A DNA stretch of 64,000 bases from Octopus sinensis (taxonomy: Eukaryota): the NCBI RefSeq assembly GCF_006345805.1, contig NW_021835233.1:62001-126000 (forward strand). Direction: 5' to 3'. Below, piece by piece: positions 12,524 to 25,295 of this stretch. Position numbers and translations under genes: made by a program. Below the pieces are notes generated by a model. That model saw only the letters and a program-made list of their open reading frames with translations, had not been told where the DNA came from and made no database searches. Each line of letters begins with the position of its first letter. Position 1 is the first letter of the stretch.

Positions 12524-13320
12524 TAAGGCGGCAACCTGGCAGAATTGTTAGCATGCCAGGCAAAATGCTTAGTGGTGTATTGCCCGTTGCTACATTCTGA
12601 GTTCAAATTCCGCCGAGGTCGACTTTACCTTTCATCCTTTCGGGATCGATTAAATAAGTACCAGTTATGTACTGGGGTCAATATAATCGACTTGATCCGT
12701 TTGTCCGTCCATGTTTGTCCTCTCTGTGTTTAGCCCCTTGTGGGTAGTAAAGAAATAGGTACTTCGTCTACCGCTACATTCTGAGTTCAAATTCCGCCGA
12801 GGTCGACTTTACCTTTCATCCTTTCGGGATTGATTAAATAATTACCATTTATGTACTGGGGTCAATATAATCGACTTAATTCGTTTGTCTGTCCATGTTT
12901 GTCCTCTCTGTGTTTAGCCCGTTGTGGGTAGTAAAGAAATAGGTACTTCGTCTACCGCTACGTTCTGAGTTCAAATTCCGCCGAGGTCGACTTTACCTTT
13001 CATCCTTTCGGGGTCGATTAAATAAGTACCAGTTATGCACTGGGGTTGATAAATTCGACTTAATCCATTTGCCTGTCCTTGTTGGTCCTCTCTGTGTTTA
13101 GCCCCTTGTGGATAGTAAAGAAATAGGTATTTAAGGCGGCGAGCTGGCAGAATTGTTAGCATGCCACCCATTGCTACATTCTGGGTTCACAATCCTCCAA
13201 GGTCGACTCTGCTTTTCATCCTTTCGGGTCGATAAATTCAGCACCAGTGTAACTGACTGTTTCCCTCCCCCTAAAATGGTTGCCCTTGTGGCAAAATTTG
13301 AAACTGTTATTAAGCTGGTA
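12524..13320 (+). mobile_element. SINE family B tandem array (three ~184-bp units) plus a further head-to-tail copy
   Basis: gcta(c)(a/g)ttctgag recurs at 12589, 12773 and 12957. Confidence 0.85.
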
Positions 13321-13369
13321 TTTGGAATGTCAGTTGCTATGGAATTTTGATATGGAATTTGTAGTTGTG

Positions 13370-13640
13370 ATACCAGTGCCGGTGGCATGTAAGAGAACCA
13401 TCCAAACGTGGCCATAGCTAGCACTGCATCGCCTGGCCTCCGTGCCGGTGGCATGTAAAAAGCACCCACTACACTCATGGAGTGGTTGGCGTTAGGAAGG
13501 GCATCCAGCTGTAGAAACACTGCAAGATCAGACTGGGCCTGGTGCAGCCTTCAGGCTTCCCAGACCCCAGTTGAACCGTCCAACCCATGCTAGCATGGAA
13601 AGCGGACGTTAAACGATGATGATGATGATGATGATGATTT
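13370..13640 (+). mobile_element. Family C (RTE 3' end)
   Basis: Modules, conserved tail and (GAT)n. Confidence 0.8.
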
Positions 13641-13687
13641 TGATTTGTTGCCACACTTGAGCTGAAATGCGCTTCATATGATTCAAT

Positions 13688-14154
13688 TACTCTTTACTCT
13701 TTTACTTGTTTCAGTCATGTGACTGTGGCCATGCTGGAGCACCGCCTTTAGTCGAGCAAATCGACCCCAGGACTTATTCTTTGTTAGCCTATTACTTGTT
13801 CTGTCGGTCTCTTTTGCCAAACCGCTATGTTACGGGGACATAAACACACCAGCATCGGTTGTCAAGCGATGTTGGGGGGACAAACACAGACACACAAACA
13901 CATACATACACACATACATACATATATATATATACATATATATGACACACAAACACATACATACACACATGCATATATATATATATATATGCAACGGGCT
14001 TCTTTCAGTTTCCATCTACTAAATCCACTCACAAAGCTTTGGTTGGCCCGAGGCTATATTAGAAGTCACTTGCCCAAGGTGCCATGCAGTGGGACTGAAC
14101 CCGAAACGATGTGGTTCGTAAGCAAGCTACTTACCACACACCCACTTCTACACC
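13688..14154 (-). mobile_element. SINE family A, full length
   Basis: Reverse complement of the family A unit. Confidence 0.85.
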
Positions 14155-14254
14155 TCTTTATAAATGTCCCAGAAATTTCACACTGCCTTGGCTTTGTTGT
14201 CTCATTTTATTTAAAATACATATGTGTGTGTGTGTGTGTGCATGTGTGTGTGCA

Positions 14255-14286
<32 letters not shown>

Positions 14287-14319
14287 CATGTGTGTATGTG
14301 TCTATATATATATATATAT

Positions 14320-14550
14320 AAGGCGAGTTGGCAGAATCGTTAGCACTCCGGGCGAAATGCTTAGCAGTATTTCGTCTGCCGCTACGTTCTGTGTTCAAAT
14401 TCTGCCGAGGTCGACTTTGCCTTTCATCCTTTCGGGGTCGATAAATTAAGTACCAGTTACGCACTGGGGTCGATGTAATCGACTTAATTCGTTCGTCTGT
14501 CCTTGTTTGTCTTCTCTGTGTTTAGCCCCTTGTGGGTAGTAAAAAGAAAT
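14320..14550 (+). mobile_element. SINE family B monomer
   Basis: aaggcgagttggcagaatcgttagcactccgggcg head, core domain, tail ...gtgggtagtaaaaagaaat. Confidence 0.85.
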
Positions 14551-14639
14551 ATATATATATATATATATATAGTTAAGATTTACAAATTGTTAGATCGACA
14601 CATGGTCTAACGCTCTGTGCATCTAGAATTAACAAAGGC

Positions 14640-14719
14640 GTGCCGCTGACGAACCATGCCTTGGCACACATATTCTGTCTGTTTTGCTAGAAAGAGGTAG
14701 AAACTGATCAGTCTGGGAT
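14640..14719 (+). ncRNA. Candidate type I hammerhead ribozyme motif (intact core, weak helix II)
   Basis: CTGACGA (14646-52) … GAAAC (14700-04), palindromic helix III ACTGATCAGT, C17. Helix I GTGCCG/TGGGAT has one mismatch. Confidence 0.4.
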
Positions 14720-14920
14720 ATATCGTTAATGGTAAATATTTTTGATTTTTACTCTCGATGAATTTATCCCTTTTTGTGTCTCTAGCTCTAGGCTTCCTTA
14801 TTTGGGAGCCCTTTATTATATTTCTATATGAATAATATTTTATCTAATGACTAATTCGTCTTTTGTGCTAGGCCACTGGTAATAATCTATGTTATTACCC
14901 TTTTTGATTATGTTCACATA

Positions 14921-15429
14921 TTTATATATATAAAACTATAGTTGTGTGAGTGTCTGTCCCCTTCGATTTAGATTCCTAACTACTCCCACATTTTGCGGTG
15001 CAGTTTAACCAAATTCGGGGATCTTATAGTCATGATTCATATCGAGCCCGTCTGAGTATTAGCGCATGTCTACGATGAGTCTACGATTTTAAAAAATAAA
15101 TTAACATCAGTTTTTATTCCATTTTAATGCATAATTTTTCGTGTATCGATGGCGGCGGAGTTGGCGTCCATGGTCACACCCACACCTGCACCTGTTTGCT
15201 TCTCCCCCTTCTTCCCTCCCGCGTGAAGCTGTGGGGAAGGGAGTGTAAGGAAATCAACGTCGTAAAGCGTTGTCAAGGAGACCAGCGTTCTTTTAGAACA
15301 ACGACTTCATGGCTTGAAGAAACCAAAACGGAAAGCCCGAATTGGCATCTATAAGGGAAATAACTCTCTAAAAATGCTTATATAGTTATTTCCCTTACAA
15401 ACCCGAGCAACGCTGGGCGATACTGCTAG
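14921..15429 (+). mobile_element. Non-autonomous Helitron-like element (~510 bp)
   Basis: 5' TTTATATATATAAAA, 3' hairpin CCCGAGCAACGCTGGG (15402-15417) then CTAG, inserted at A|T with no TSD. Subterminal inverted repeat TAAGGGAAATAACT/AGTTATTTCCCTTA. Confidence 0.75.
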
Positions 15430-15691
15430 TGTCTATATATATATGTATGCATGTGTGTGTGTGTCTGTGTGTACCTATTTGTATGCAAACTTAAAGTGGG
15501 CAAAGGAATGTAACAGTTAACATTGATTGTTACTTTGAATTATTCTGAAAGAATCACCAGTTTTCCGCAAATATTCATAGCATCTTATTGCATTCAAGAA
15601 TCATTCTCATCGCCATTTCTTTGCATCCACCCACGAATATGAGTGTGTATGTGCCTAAGTATGTATATGTATTCATGTATATATCCGTGTG

Positions 15692-15724
<33 letters not shown>

Positions 15725-15884
15725 ATATGTGCATGTATATATATGTATGTGTATGTGTGTGTATATATATATATATATATATGTATATATGCGGTGTGTA
15801 TATGTCAGTGCATATATGCATGTATATATGTGTGTGTGTGTATATGTATATGTGTCTATATATATAATATATATATAGTGTGTG

Positions 15885-16085
15885 TTTGTGTGTCTGTGTT
15901 TGTCCCCCTAGCATTGCTTGACAACCGATGCTGGTGTGTTTACGTCCCAGTCACTTAGCAGTTCGGCAAAAAGAGACCGATAGAATAAGTACTGGGCTTA
16001 CAAAAGAATAAGTCCCGGGGTCGATTTGCTCGACTAAAGGTGGTGCTCCAGCATGGCCGCAGTCAAATGACTGAAACAAATAAGA
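15885..16085 (+). mobile_element. SINE family A 3' half after a long (TA)/(TG) array
   Basis: Conserved family A 3' half. Confidence 0.75.
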
Positions 16086-16434
16086 AAAAAAAAATGTGTG
16101 CATGTGTGAATAAATGTATATGTTTGTGTGTGTGTATGTATATATATATGTATATATGTGTATATATAAAATATATATATATAGCTAGCATGGAAAACGG
16201 ACGCTAAATGATGATGATGATGATGATATACATGTGTGTGTGTATATGTCTGTGTGAATATATTTATATGTATATATATATATATATATATATGGGTGTG
16301 TGTATGCGTGTGTGTGTGTGTGTGTGTGTGTGTAAATATATATGTATATATATATACACACGTGTGTGTGTATGATATCCATATTAGCATGGTGTATTAA
16401 GTTTGTGTAGTGTAATGAATGTAAACAATGTAAT

Positions 16435-16867
16435 ATTCTTTTCTACTCTAGGCGCAAGGCCCGAAATTTTGGGGGAGGGGGCCAGTCGATAAGATCGACC
16501 CCAGTACGCAACTGGTACTTAATTTATTAACTCCGAAAGGATGAAAAGCAAAGTTGACCTTGGCAGAATTTGAACTCAGAACATAAAGACAGACGAAATA
16601 CCACAAAGCATTTCGTCCAGCATGCTAACAATTCTGCCAGCTTGCCACCTTGAAAACACTCTAATATTAATAGTATTGTTGATGTGGTGCTTTCATCCAG
16701 TTGCAATTGTGAAAATTTTGTAAATAGGCATAGGAGTGGCTGTGTGGTAAGTAGCCTACCAACTACACCTTGGGCAAGTGTCTTCTGCTTCTGCTATAGC
16801 CTCTGGCCGACCAATGCCTTGCAAGTGGATTTGGTAGACGGAAACTGAAAGAAGCCCGTCGTATATA

Positions 16868-16902
<35 letters not shown>

Positions 16903-17105
16903 TTGTGTGTCTGTGTTTGTCCCTCCAACATCACTTGACAACTGATGCTGGTGTGTTTACGTCCCCGTAACTTAGCGGTTCGGCAAAAGAGACCAATAGA
17001 ATAAGTACTAGGCTTACAAAGAATAAGTCGTTGATTTGCTCGACTAAAGGCGATGCTCCAGTATGGCCACATTCAAATAACTGAAACAAGTAAAAGAATA
17101 AAAGA
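16435..17105. mobile_element. SINE family B (-, 16435-16652) and family A (+, 16728-17105)
   Basis: Direct similarity to other copies in the window. Confidence 0.8.
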
Positions 17106-17118
17106 GTATTCAGTTGTA

Positions 17119-17699
17119 CAGGGTGTTCAAAAAGTCTCTCCACAGTGAATTTCTTTCATCCTGCACGTGCACAACTTGGCTATCACTGTGAGGGTGGCCG
17201 GGTGTCAGCCATTGTCCCTCAGTCACTGTGTACCCTTCAGCATGTCGACCTGTTAACCATTGAAGAACGTACGTTTTTAACTGAACGGGTGTTTCGAGCT
17301 GGAAACTTTTCCAAACACTGTTGTTCCACATCATGACACTGTGCGGGAGTTGATAAGAACATTTGGAAGCAGAGGCTCTGTGGAAGACGCAGCAAGAAGT
17401 GGTAGGCCTACTGTTCTTTCAGACGAAACACTCACCAATATTTCTGATAAACTGTTGGCAAAGTCCTGATGCAAATTATCACAGGTAGGAAACGGAAATC
17501 ATCCTAGGAAGTGCTCGCACGGCAGTAAAAAAGAAATTAAATTTTATGTATTGAAAATAAAGGACGACACTTTCAAAACCTCTTATAAAAGTTTTTTAAA
17601 GTCTTCTTAAAGTCTAATACATTCTTTTGTAGCTTTATACCATGTTATATTTATTTTACAATAAAATACTTACTGTGGAGGGACTTTTTGAACAACCTG
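17119..17699 (+). mobile_element. Internally deleted Tc1/mariner element (581 bp) with TIRs and TA TSD
   Basis: TA|CAGGGTGTTCAAAAAGTCTCTCCACAGT … ACTGTGGAGGGACTTTTTGAACAACCTG|TA. The interior encodes an HTH remnant HDTVRELIRTFGSRGSVEDAARSGRPTVLS with the RSGRP motif. Confidence 0.9.
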
Positions 17700-18602
17700 T
17701 AGAATAGATACAAGTCCACTCAATGTACAATGATAGCTGTGAATTATTGCTTGCTTTAAGAGGAAATTTAATTGTTTGGTATTATACTTGTCCAGTTAGA
17801 TTGAAATCCGGTGGGAAACTGCATAAATACATACTTTACAAAGTAGGGTATATAATTGCTCTCTGTTTCAGAGAATACTAAAATTGTGATCGAATTTGTG
17901 ATGCTTGTTATAAAAGAGAAGGCCATATAGCTACATATACCATCATCATCATTATCATCATTTAACGTCTGTTTTCCATGCTGACTCCAATCTGATCTGG
18001 CAGAGTTTCTACAGCTGGATGCCCTTCCTAACGCCAACCACTCCGTGAGTGTAGTGGGTGCTTTTTACGTGCCACCAGTGACATTGCAACTCATTTCTAC
18101 AGATGAGTGAACTGGAGCAACATGAAGTAGAGTGTCTTGCTCAAGAGCACAAGACACTATCTGATCCAAGAATCACTCAGTGAAGCTGCATGGCTCAGTA
18201 GTTAGAGCATCAGGCTCACGATCATGAGGTAATGAGTTCAATTCCTGGACCGGGTTCTATGCTGTGTTCTTGAGCAAGATACTTCATTTCATGTTTGCTC
18301 CAGTTTACTCAGCTGTGGAAATGAGTTGCGACATCACTGGTGCCAAGCTGTATCAGCCTTTGCCTTTCCTTTGGACAGCATCGAACAACATTTCAGTTTC
18401 CATCTACCAAATCCACTCACTAGGCTTTAGTCGGCCCGAGGCTATAATAGAAGACACTTGCTCAAGGTGCCACACAGTGGGAATGAACCTGGAACCACGT
18501 GTTTGGGAAGCAAGCTTCTTATTTCTTTATTACCCACATGGGGCTACACACAAAGGGGAAAAACACAAACACATAAACACACACACATACATACAAATAT
18601 AC

Positions 18603-18636
<34 letters not shown>

Positions 18637-19244
18637 ACACACATATATACGACGGACCTCTTTCAGTTTCCGTCTACCAAATCCATTCACAAGGCTTTGG
18701 TCGGCCTGAGGCTATAGTAGAAGACATTTACCCAAGGTGCCACGCAGTGGGAATGAACCCAGAAGCACGTGGTTGGTAAGCAAGCTACATACCACACAGC
18801 CACTCCTGCGCCTACGATGATGATAAAAGTGATAGCATAGGAATAAGAATTGGCTGCTGTCTCATAGTTGTTGAGCACTCTTATAGAATTCCATCAATGG
18901 TTTCTGGAAGCAGTGTATGGTTAAATGTGTTATCTTATATTTGCTGAGGTCAAATAGTCTGCTTCAGGTGCAATCGGCGAATGAAGAATCTCTCCAGTGT
19001 ATATATTTCCCCGAGAGATCATGAAATTAATAAATCCACTTGCAGGTTTAACCTTCCCATTACACTTTAAGTTCTATAAATCACTGGAAAAAACGACAAC
19101 AACAACGACGACGACAACAACAACAATAGCAAATATAGGAAAAAAAGATAAATAAGATAATCTCTAATGCTATTAGTACAATGAGATACTTGGATGTATT
19201 GTGTAACACGATATACACTTGAATATAGGGAAAAACTTAATCTC

Positions 19245-19565
19245 CTCCTCCGTCTTCTTCTTTCCCTTCTTCTTCTTCTTCTTCTTCTTCTTCTTCTTCT
19301 TCTTCTTCTTCTTTTTCTTCTTTTTCTCCTTCTTCTTCTTCTTCTTCTCCTTCTTCTCCTCCTCCTCCTTCTTCTTCTCCTTCTCCTCCTCCTCCTCCTC
19401 TTCCCCCTTCTCCTCCCCCTTCTTCTTTTTATTTTCCTTCTTCTTCTCCTCCTTCTCCTTATTCTTATTCTTCTCCTCCTTCTTACTTCTTATTCTCCTT
19501 CTCCTCCTCCTCCTCCTCCTCCTCCTTTTCTTCTTCTTCTCCTTCTCCTCCTCCCCCCCCCCCCT
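19245..19565. repeat. (CTT)n/(CCT)n polypyrimidine array
   Basis: Directly visible; source of the poly-K/E and poly-L/F ORFs. Confidence 0.95.
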
Positions 19566-20494
19566 CCACAGTGCTGCCATCAGTTATCTGATGGCAGCAC
19601 TGACTGGAATTTTCTGCATAGTCAAAGGGATTGCACTTTGTGCATAGGAAATGTAATTCCAACAGTAAGACCGTTATTGAGATGTGATTCTGATTGTCAC
19701 TTCAGTAAGTCAGTGGAGGCATGTGGTGGCTGAGTGGTTCGGGTATTCGGCTCGTGATCGGGAGGCCACGACTTCAATTCCTGGCAGTGCATTGTATCCT
19801 TAAGCAAGACACTTTATTTCACATCACTTCGGTCTACTTAGCTGGCAAAAATGAATAGCATCTGTATTTCAAGTGGAGGCACGTGGCTTAGTGGTTAAGG
19901 TGTCAGCATCATGATCGTAAGATTGTAGTTTCGATTCCTGGACCGGGCGACGCATTGTGTTCTTGAGCAAAATACTTCATTTCACGTTGCTCCAGTTCAC
20001 TCAGCTGGCAAAAATGAGTAATGCTGCGATGGACTGGCGTCCTGTCCAGCTGGGGAACACATAGAAAGCAGGAAACTGGGCCCATGAGCCTGGCTGGGCT
20101 TTAAAAAGGGCGCCTTTAAAAAAATTTTTTTTTTATCTGTATCTCAAAGGGACAAGTCTTGTTACATTCTATGCCATGCTGAATCTCCCTAAAATTAATT
20201 CTTGCCTTCCATCATGTTAAGAGGCTGGAAAGCAAGCAGAATCATGAGGGCATGAAATCCTTTTAATCATATCAAATACACGACCACCTATCTAATGTAA
20301 AAGTGGCCAAAAATGCTTCCAGCACACTGCGTAACGTGGCTGGTGTTGAATATATTGTGTAACATGGCTGGTGTAACCTGGCTCTTGTAAACAAACCAAA
20401 AAATGTGCTTCTTTCAATCCATGCTGGTGTGTTGTCCTTCCTTTAATCTTGTTGAGAACCTGGCAACTATTCTGTGGTGGTATTACCAAGAATA

Positions 20495-20722
20495 AGCTGG
20501 CAGGAATGTTAGCACGCCGGGCGAAAAGCTTTGCGGTATTTTTTCTGCCGCTTTGTTCTGAGTTCAAATTCCGCCGAGGTCAACTCTATCTTTCATCCTT
20601 TCAGGGTCAATTAAATAAGTACCAGTTACGCACTGGGGTTGATTTAATCGACTTAATCCGTTTGTCTGTCCTTGTTTGTTCCCTCTGTGTGTAGCCCCTT
20701 GTGGGTAGTAAAGAAACAGGTA
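20495..20722 (+). mobile_element. SINE family B monomer
   Basis: Same sequence as 14320-14550. Confidence 0.8.
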
Positions 20723-21269
20723 TTACAAAGAAAGTACCCTTTTCACTCTGTGAAGTGTTTGGTCTTAGGAAGAGCATCCAACTGCAGAAACCAGCCACAA
20801 TTTGCTATCCTTATGTTCTGTCAACTTGAAATACGTATGTCTTGATTTTAGCAGTGGTGACCCATCGAATCCATGCCAGCATGGAAAGCAGATGTAAATC
20901 GATGATGTGTGTGTGTGTGTTTTCCTGGGGATGGATGGTCTCTGCTAAGTTTAGTTGCTGAAGGCAGTGAATATTATGACAACACCCCTACGACTCTATT
21001 GATAGTTGAGGGCTTGAAGGAAGGGAATGTGTGTGTGTATATGCGTGCATGTATGTGTTTATGTATGTGTATTCTATATAATACATGATTGTGGTTTCTC
21101 ATTTCCAATTTTCTCTGCAATATCTAAGACACACCCTGTGATATATTTCTTACAAATTTAACATATATAACATCGATTTTAGGAAGACGTATGTATCTTA
21201 TTTTATATAATAAATACTCTGTGTTTCTTGTGTCCATTTTACACTCCGATATCTATTGTGTGTGTGTGT

Positions 21270-21479
21270 GTGTGTGTGTCTGTGTGTTTATCTTTTATTG
21301 GGGCAGCACCTTGAAGAATTTTTTTATCAGACGAATCGACTCTTATAGTATTTTTGTTTTCAAGCTCGGTACCTATTCTATCAGTTTCTTTTGCTGAGCT
21401 ACTAAGTTACAGGGATGTCAACACATCAACATCAGTTGTTGAGCAATAGTGGGGGACAAACACAAACACAGACCACAAA

Positions 21480-21519
<40 letters not shown>

Positions 21520-21690
21520 TATTTGATGGGCTTCTGTCAATTTCCTTCTACCAGATCCACTTAAAAGGCTTTAGTAGAAGACTATAGTAGAAAACACCTG
21601 TCTAAGGTTTTACTCAGTGGGACTGAGACTGAACCCAGAACCATGTGGTTAAGAAGCAGACGTCTTACCATACACCCACACCTGCCCCTA
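21270..21690 (-). mobile_element. SINE family A, diverged
   Basis: Reverse complement of family A with a central (CA)n. Confidence 0.7.
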
Positions 21691-24099
21691 CTAAATATAC
21701 AAATCTATACAGACATTCCCACCCACACAGCCACATGCAAACACACCAATTACAAAGTTACATACATGTGATACCAATCTTGTGAAAAATATATCTTTTT
21801 TGTGATTATTCATCACTCTTTATGTCGCTTTTCATGTGAAATTAAAATAGTTTCTGTTCACGACATGACTACACATCCTGTTTACGTTTATTGTTGAGCT
21901 AAACACAAATTTCTGTCTTACACTTGGTAAATATACACAGAACAAACACAAACCATTCTACTTGCTTCTTCTGTTCAAATTAAACAGTGCCTAACAGAAG
22001 AATTATTCCAAGTTTCTAAAGCTAAAACAACAACAAACTTTTCCAAACCAACATTCTTTGACAGCACATTTTGGCATCTGTCTTCACACGGTCGGCATCT
22101 GCTCTGCTGTCAAAATAATTCTAAAGAGACTTCCTTTCATTTTTTTTTTTTGTTTTGCTTTTTGCTTTATATTTTCGTTTCTTTGTTATATTTTTTTTAT
22201 TAATATAGCAACACATAAATAAGAACTAAAGCAACCGTAGAACAAAACGACATAGACTTGAACCAAGACATCTGGGTTTGTGTATTTTTGTAATTATTAA
22301 ATATGACGAGCCGGAGGGTGTATTTATGTTGCCCGTTATTGCTTTTATGAAATGACGTCTCTTGCAAAGACACGAGAAGTTTTATATCTACATTCTGATT
22401 GTTCGGAGAAGGTTTGTCAGGCATTGATTTTCTTAGGAAAACATTGCTGCCTTTGCTTGCAGTGTTTGTCAGCGCCTTGGAATTTTTCTCCTGATATTAT
22501 TTATGTAAATTCAGAACTTCTTGTTCTTCTCACTGTTTCTGCCATTTCAAACTCATTTCATTATTACTAGATCACCAGTGAAACTTGCTAAAACGTTCTT
22601 CTTTTTATTATTTCCCCCCCCCCCCCAAACCGATTCTTCAATTTATGAAGTTCCAATCGCAATTCATTTCACTTCTTGGCAAATCCCAGCTGGCCTTTTC
22701 CATTCTTAGAGCTTCTGGACAAGTAGAAGTTTAAGTTTGGCTTTAATCAGTTCTGTTCTTACTCATTCTTCTTTCTTTAAGCTCACCTAATCACACTGCA
22801 GAGAAAAACTACTTGATATTTCTTGAAGAAAGAAAATTACATTTGATTTGCAATTTCTCTATGCGTGCTATTGCAGACAATGAGTTTAGTTTTAATAATT
22901 CAGCAGATACATGGTGAAATGGGATTTTTGTACGAAGCCAAGTGCAAATCTTTGTTTGTATGTCTTTATTGATGGAAATTTTCGAAAGTGCTGTGAATCA
23001 TTCTAAGTACATATACAAACGCTTGTGCACTGCTAGTTTCTGAATACAGGTTTGTTGTGATTTCAAAATCAATATAAGCAATATTTAGAAATTTTGCAGA
23101 CCACCAACGAAACTTGGCCTTTGCTGTAATGCTTTTTTCAATACCATAAGCTAGCTTAAAAACGAAAACGAAAAGTAGAAAGAAAATAAAAACCATGCGG
23201 AGTAAAAATTACTTAACTCTTTTGTGCACGGAAAATATTTCCAAAAGGTAATTAAGATGGTTTGTACGAAAATGTCTTCTTTAGATAAGCGTAAAGAAGA
23301 TGCTAGCCTGTATCTTTTATACAGCGAAAAGTTGTATTTTGGTTACGACTAAATGCGTTTCTATAGCTTTAATAATCTAAGAAGTTCAGTTATCTGAGAA
23401 GATAGTTGGGCAAGACTTATATCCACCATTATCTTTGTCACTCCTGAAATTTCTTTTGTGAAACCACTTATCTTCATTTTTATCTCCTTTTCTCGGTTTT
23501 ATTTATAATTTTTTGGTTTAATTTTCTTTTTCCATGCTCCTGTTGCATTGAAATGAAAATGTCACATAACCAGTAGCTGTGTTGTTGGGGTTAGAGCATA
23601 CACGAGTTCATCTTCATACAGGGTGTTGATGACTGATAGAATCCACCCCTTCTCCAGGCTGTGGACTATAGATGTAAACCAAACGGATGGGAAATAAAGT
23701 AAACTGGTTTCAAATTTTAGCACAAGGCCAGCAAGTTCAGCAGAGGGGGTAAGATCATTGCATTTACCCCAGTGTTCACCTGGTACTTATTTTATCAAAG
23801 CCAAAAGGATAAAAGGCAAAACAGACTTCAGTGAAATTTGAACTCAGAATGTAAATACAACAGAAATGGTTTCAAATTTTGGCGCAAGGCCAGCAACTTT
23901 GGTGGTGCAGGTAATTCAATTATATCAACCTCAGTGTTCAACCGGGACTTATTTCATCAATCCTGAAAGGATGAAGGGCTAAGTCAACCTTGGCAAAATT
24001 TGAAACCGGAATGTAAAAATGGACAGATTGGTGCTAAGCATCTTACCTGCCATGCTTACAGTTCTGCCAGCTTGCCGTCTTATCTTTGCATGCATATTC

Positions 24100-24335
24100 T
24101 TTACTCTTTTTTACTTGTTTCAGTCATTTGAATGTGGCCATGCTGGAGCACCGCCTTTAGTCGAGCAAATCGACCCCAGGACTTATTCTTTGTAAGCCTA
24201 GTACTTATTCTATTGGTCTCTTTTTGCCGAACCGCTAAGTTATGGGGACATAAACACACCAGCATCCATTGTCAAGCAATGTTGGTGGGTACAAACACAC
24301 ACACAAACATATACACATGCATGCATACATACATA

Positions 24336-24367
<32 letters not shown>

Positions 24368-25026
24368 CGATGGGCTTCTTTCAGTTTCTGTCTACCAAAT
24401 CCATTCACGAGGCTATAGTAAAAGACACTTGCCCAAGGTGCCATGCAATAGGACTGAACTTGGAACCATGTGGCTGGTAAGCTAGCTACTTACCACACAG
24501 CCACTCCTGCACATACATGAATGAAAATCATGTATGGATGTATACGTTCATGTCCATGTAGGAAAACGTAAAATTCATGAAGCTGAATAATTATTATCGC
24601 TGTTTAGCCTCTGGCCAAACTTATAAACAAAGACAGCCTACATGTTACCGTTGCATCTTGTTATCAGACATGGTGAGGCGTGGCTGTGTGGTAAAAGGCT
24701 TGCTTCCCAACCATATGATTCCGGGTTCATTCCCACTGCGTGGCACCTTGGGCAAGTGTCTTCTACTATAGCTTCGGGCTGACCAAAGCCTTGTGAGTGA
24801 ATTTGGTTGATGAAAACTGAAAGAAGCCCGATGTATATGTGTATATATATATATGTATATAGGCGTAGGAATGGCTTTGTGGTAAGTAACTTGCTTACCA
24901 ACCACATGGTTCCGGGTTCAGTCCCACTGCATGGCACCTTAGGCAAGTGTCTTCTACTATACCCTTGGGCTAACCAAAGCCTTGTGAGTGGATTTGGTAG
25001 ACAGAAACCGAAAGAAGCCTGCTGTA

Positions 25027-25078
<52 letters not shown>

Positions 25079-25295
25079 TATGTATGTGTGTATATGTTTG
25101 TGTGTCTGTGTTTGTTTGTCTGTGTTTGTACAACCAATGGTGGTGTGTTTGTGTTTCCGTAACTTTGCAGTTTGGCAAAAGACACCGATAGAATAAGCAC
25201 TCAGCTTACAAAGAATAAGCCCTGGGTCGATTTGCTCGACTAAAGGCAGTACTCCAGCATGGCTGCAGTCAAATGACTGAAACAAGTAAGTAAAG
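24100..25295. mobile_element. Cluster of family A SINEs: - copy 24100-24512, + partial 24676-24835, + full 24862-25295
   Basis: Direct similarity; head-to-head inverted arrangement. Confidence 0.85.

Noticed and set aside
13333-13346. RFX X-box-like GTTGCTATGG (also near 40133), tempting for a ciliary gene
   Set aside because: Incomplete match, inside or next to repeats, and far from any promoter.
22966-23196. 76-aa minus-strand ORF with a signal-peptide-like N-terminus (and the 22200-22424 ORF with a hydrophobic C-terminus)
   Set aside because: The hydrophobicity comes from T-rich sequence, the two ORFs are separated by stops in all frames, and I recognise no homology.
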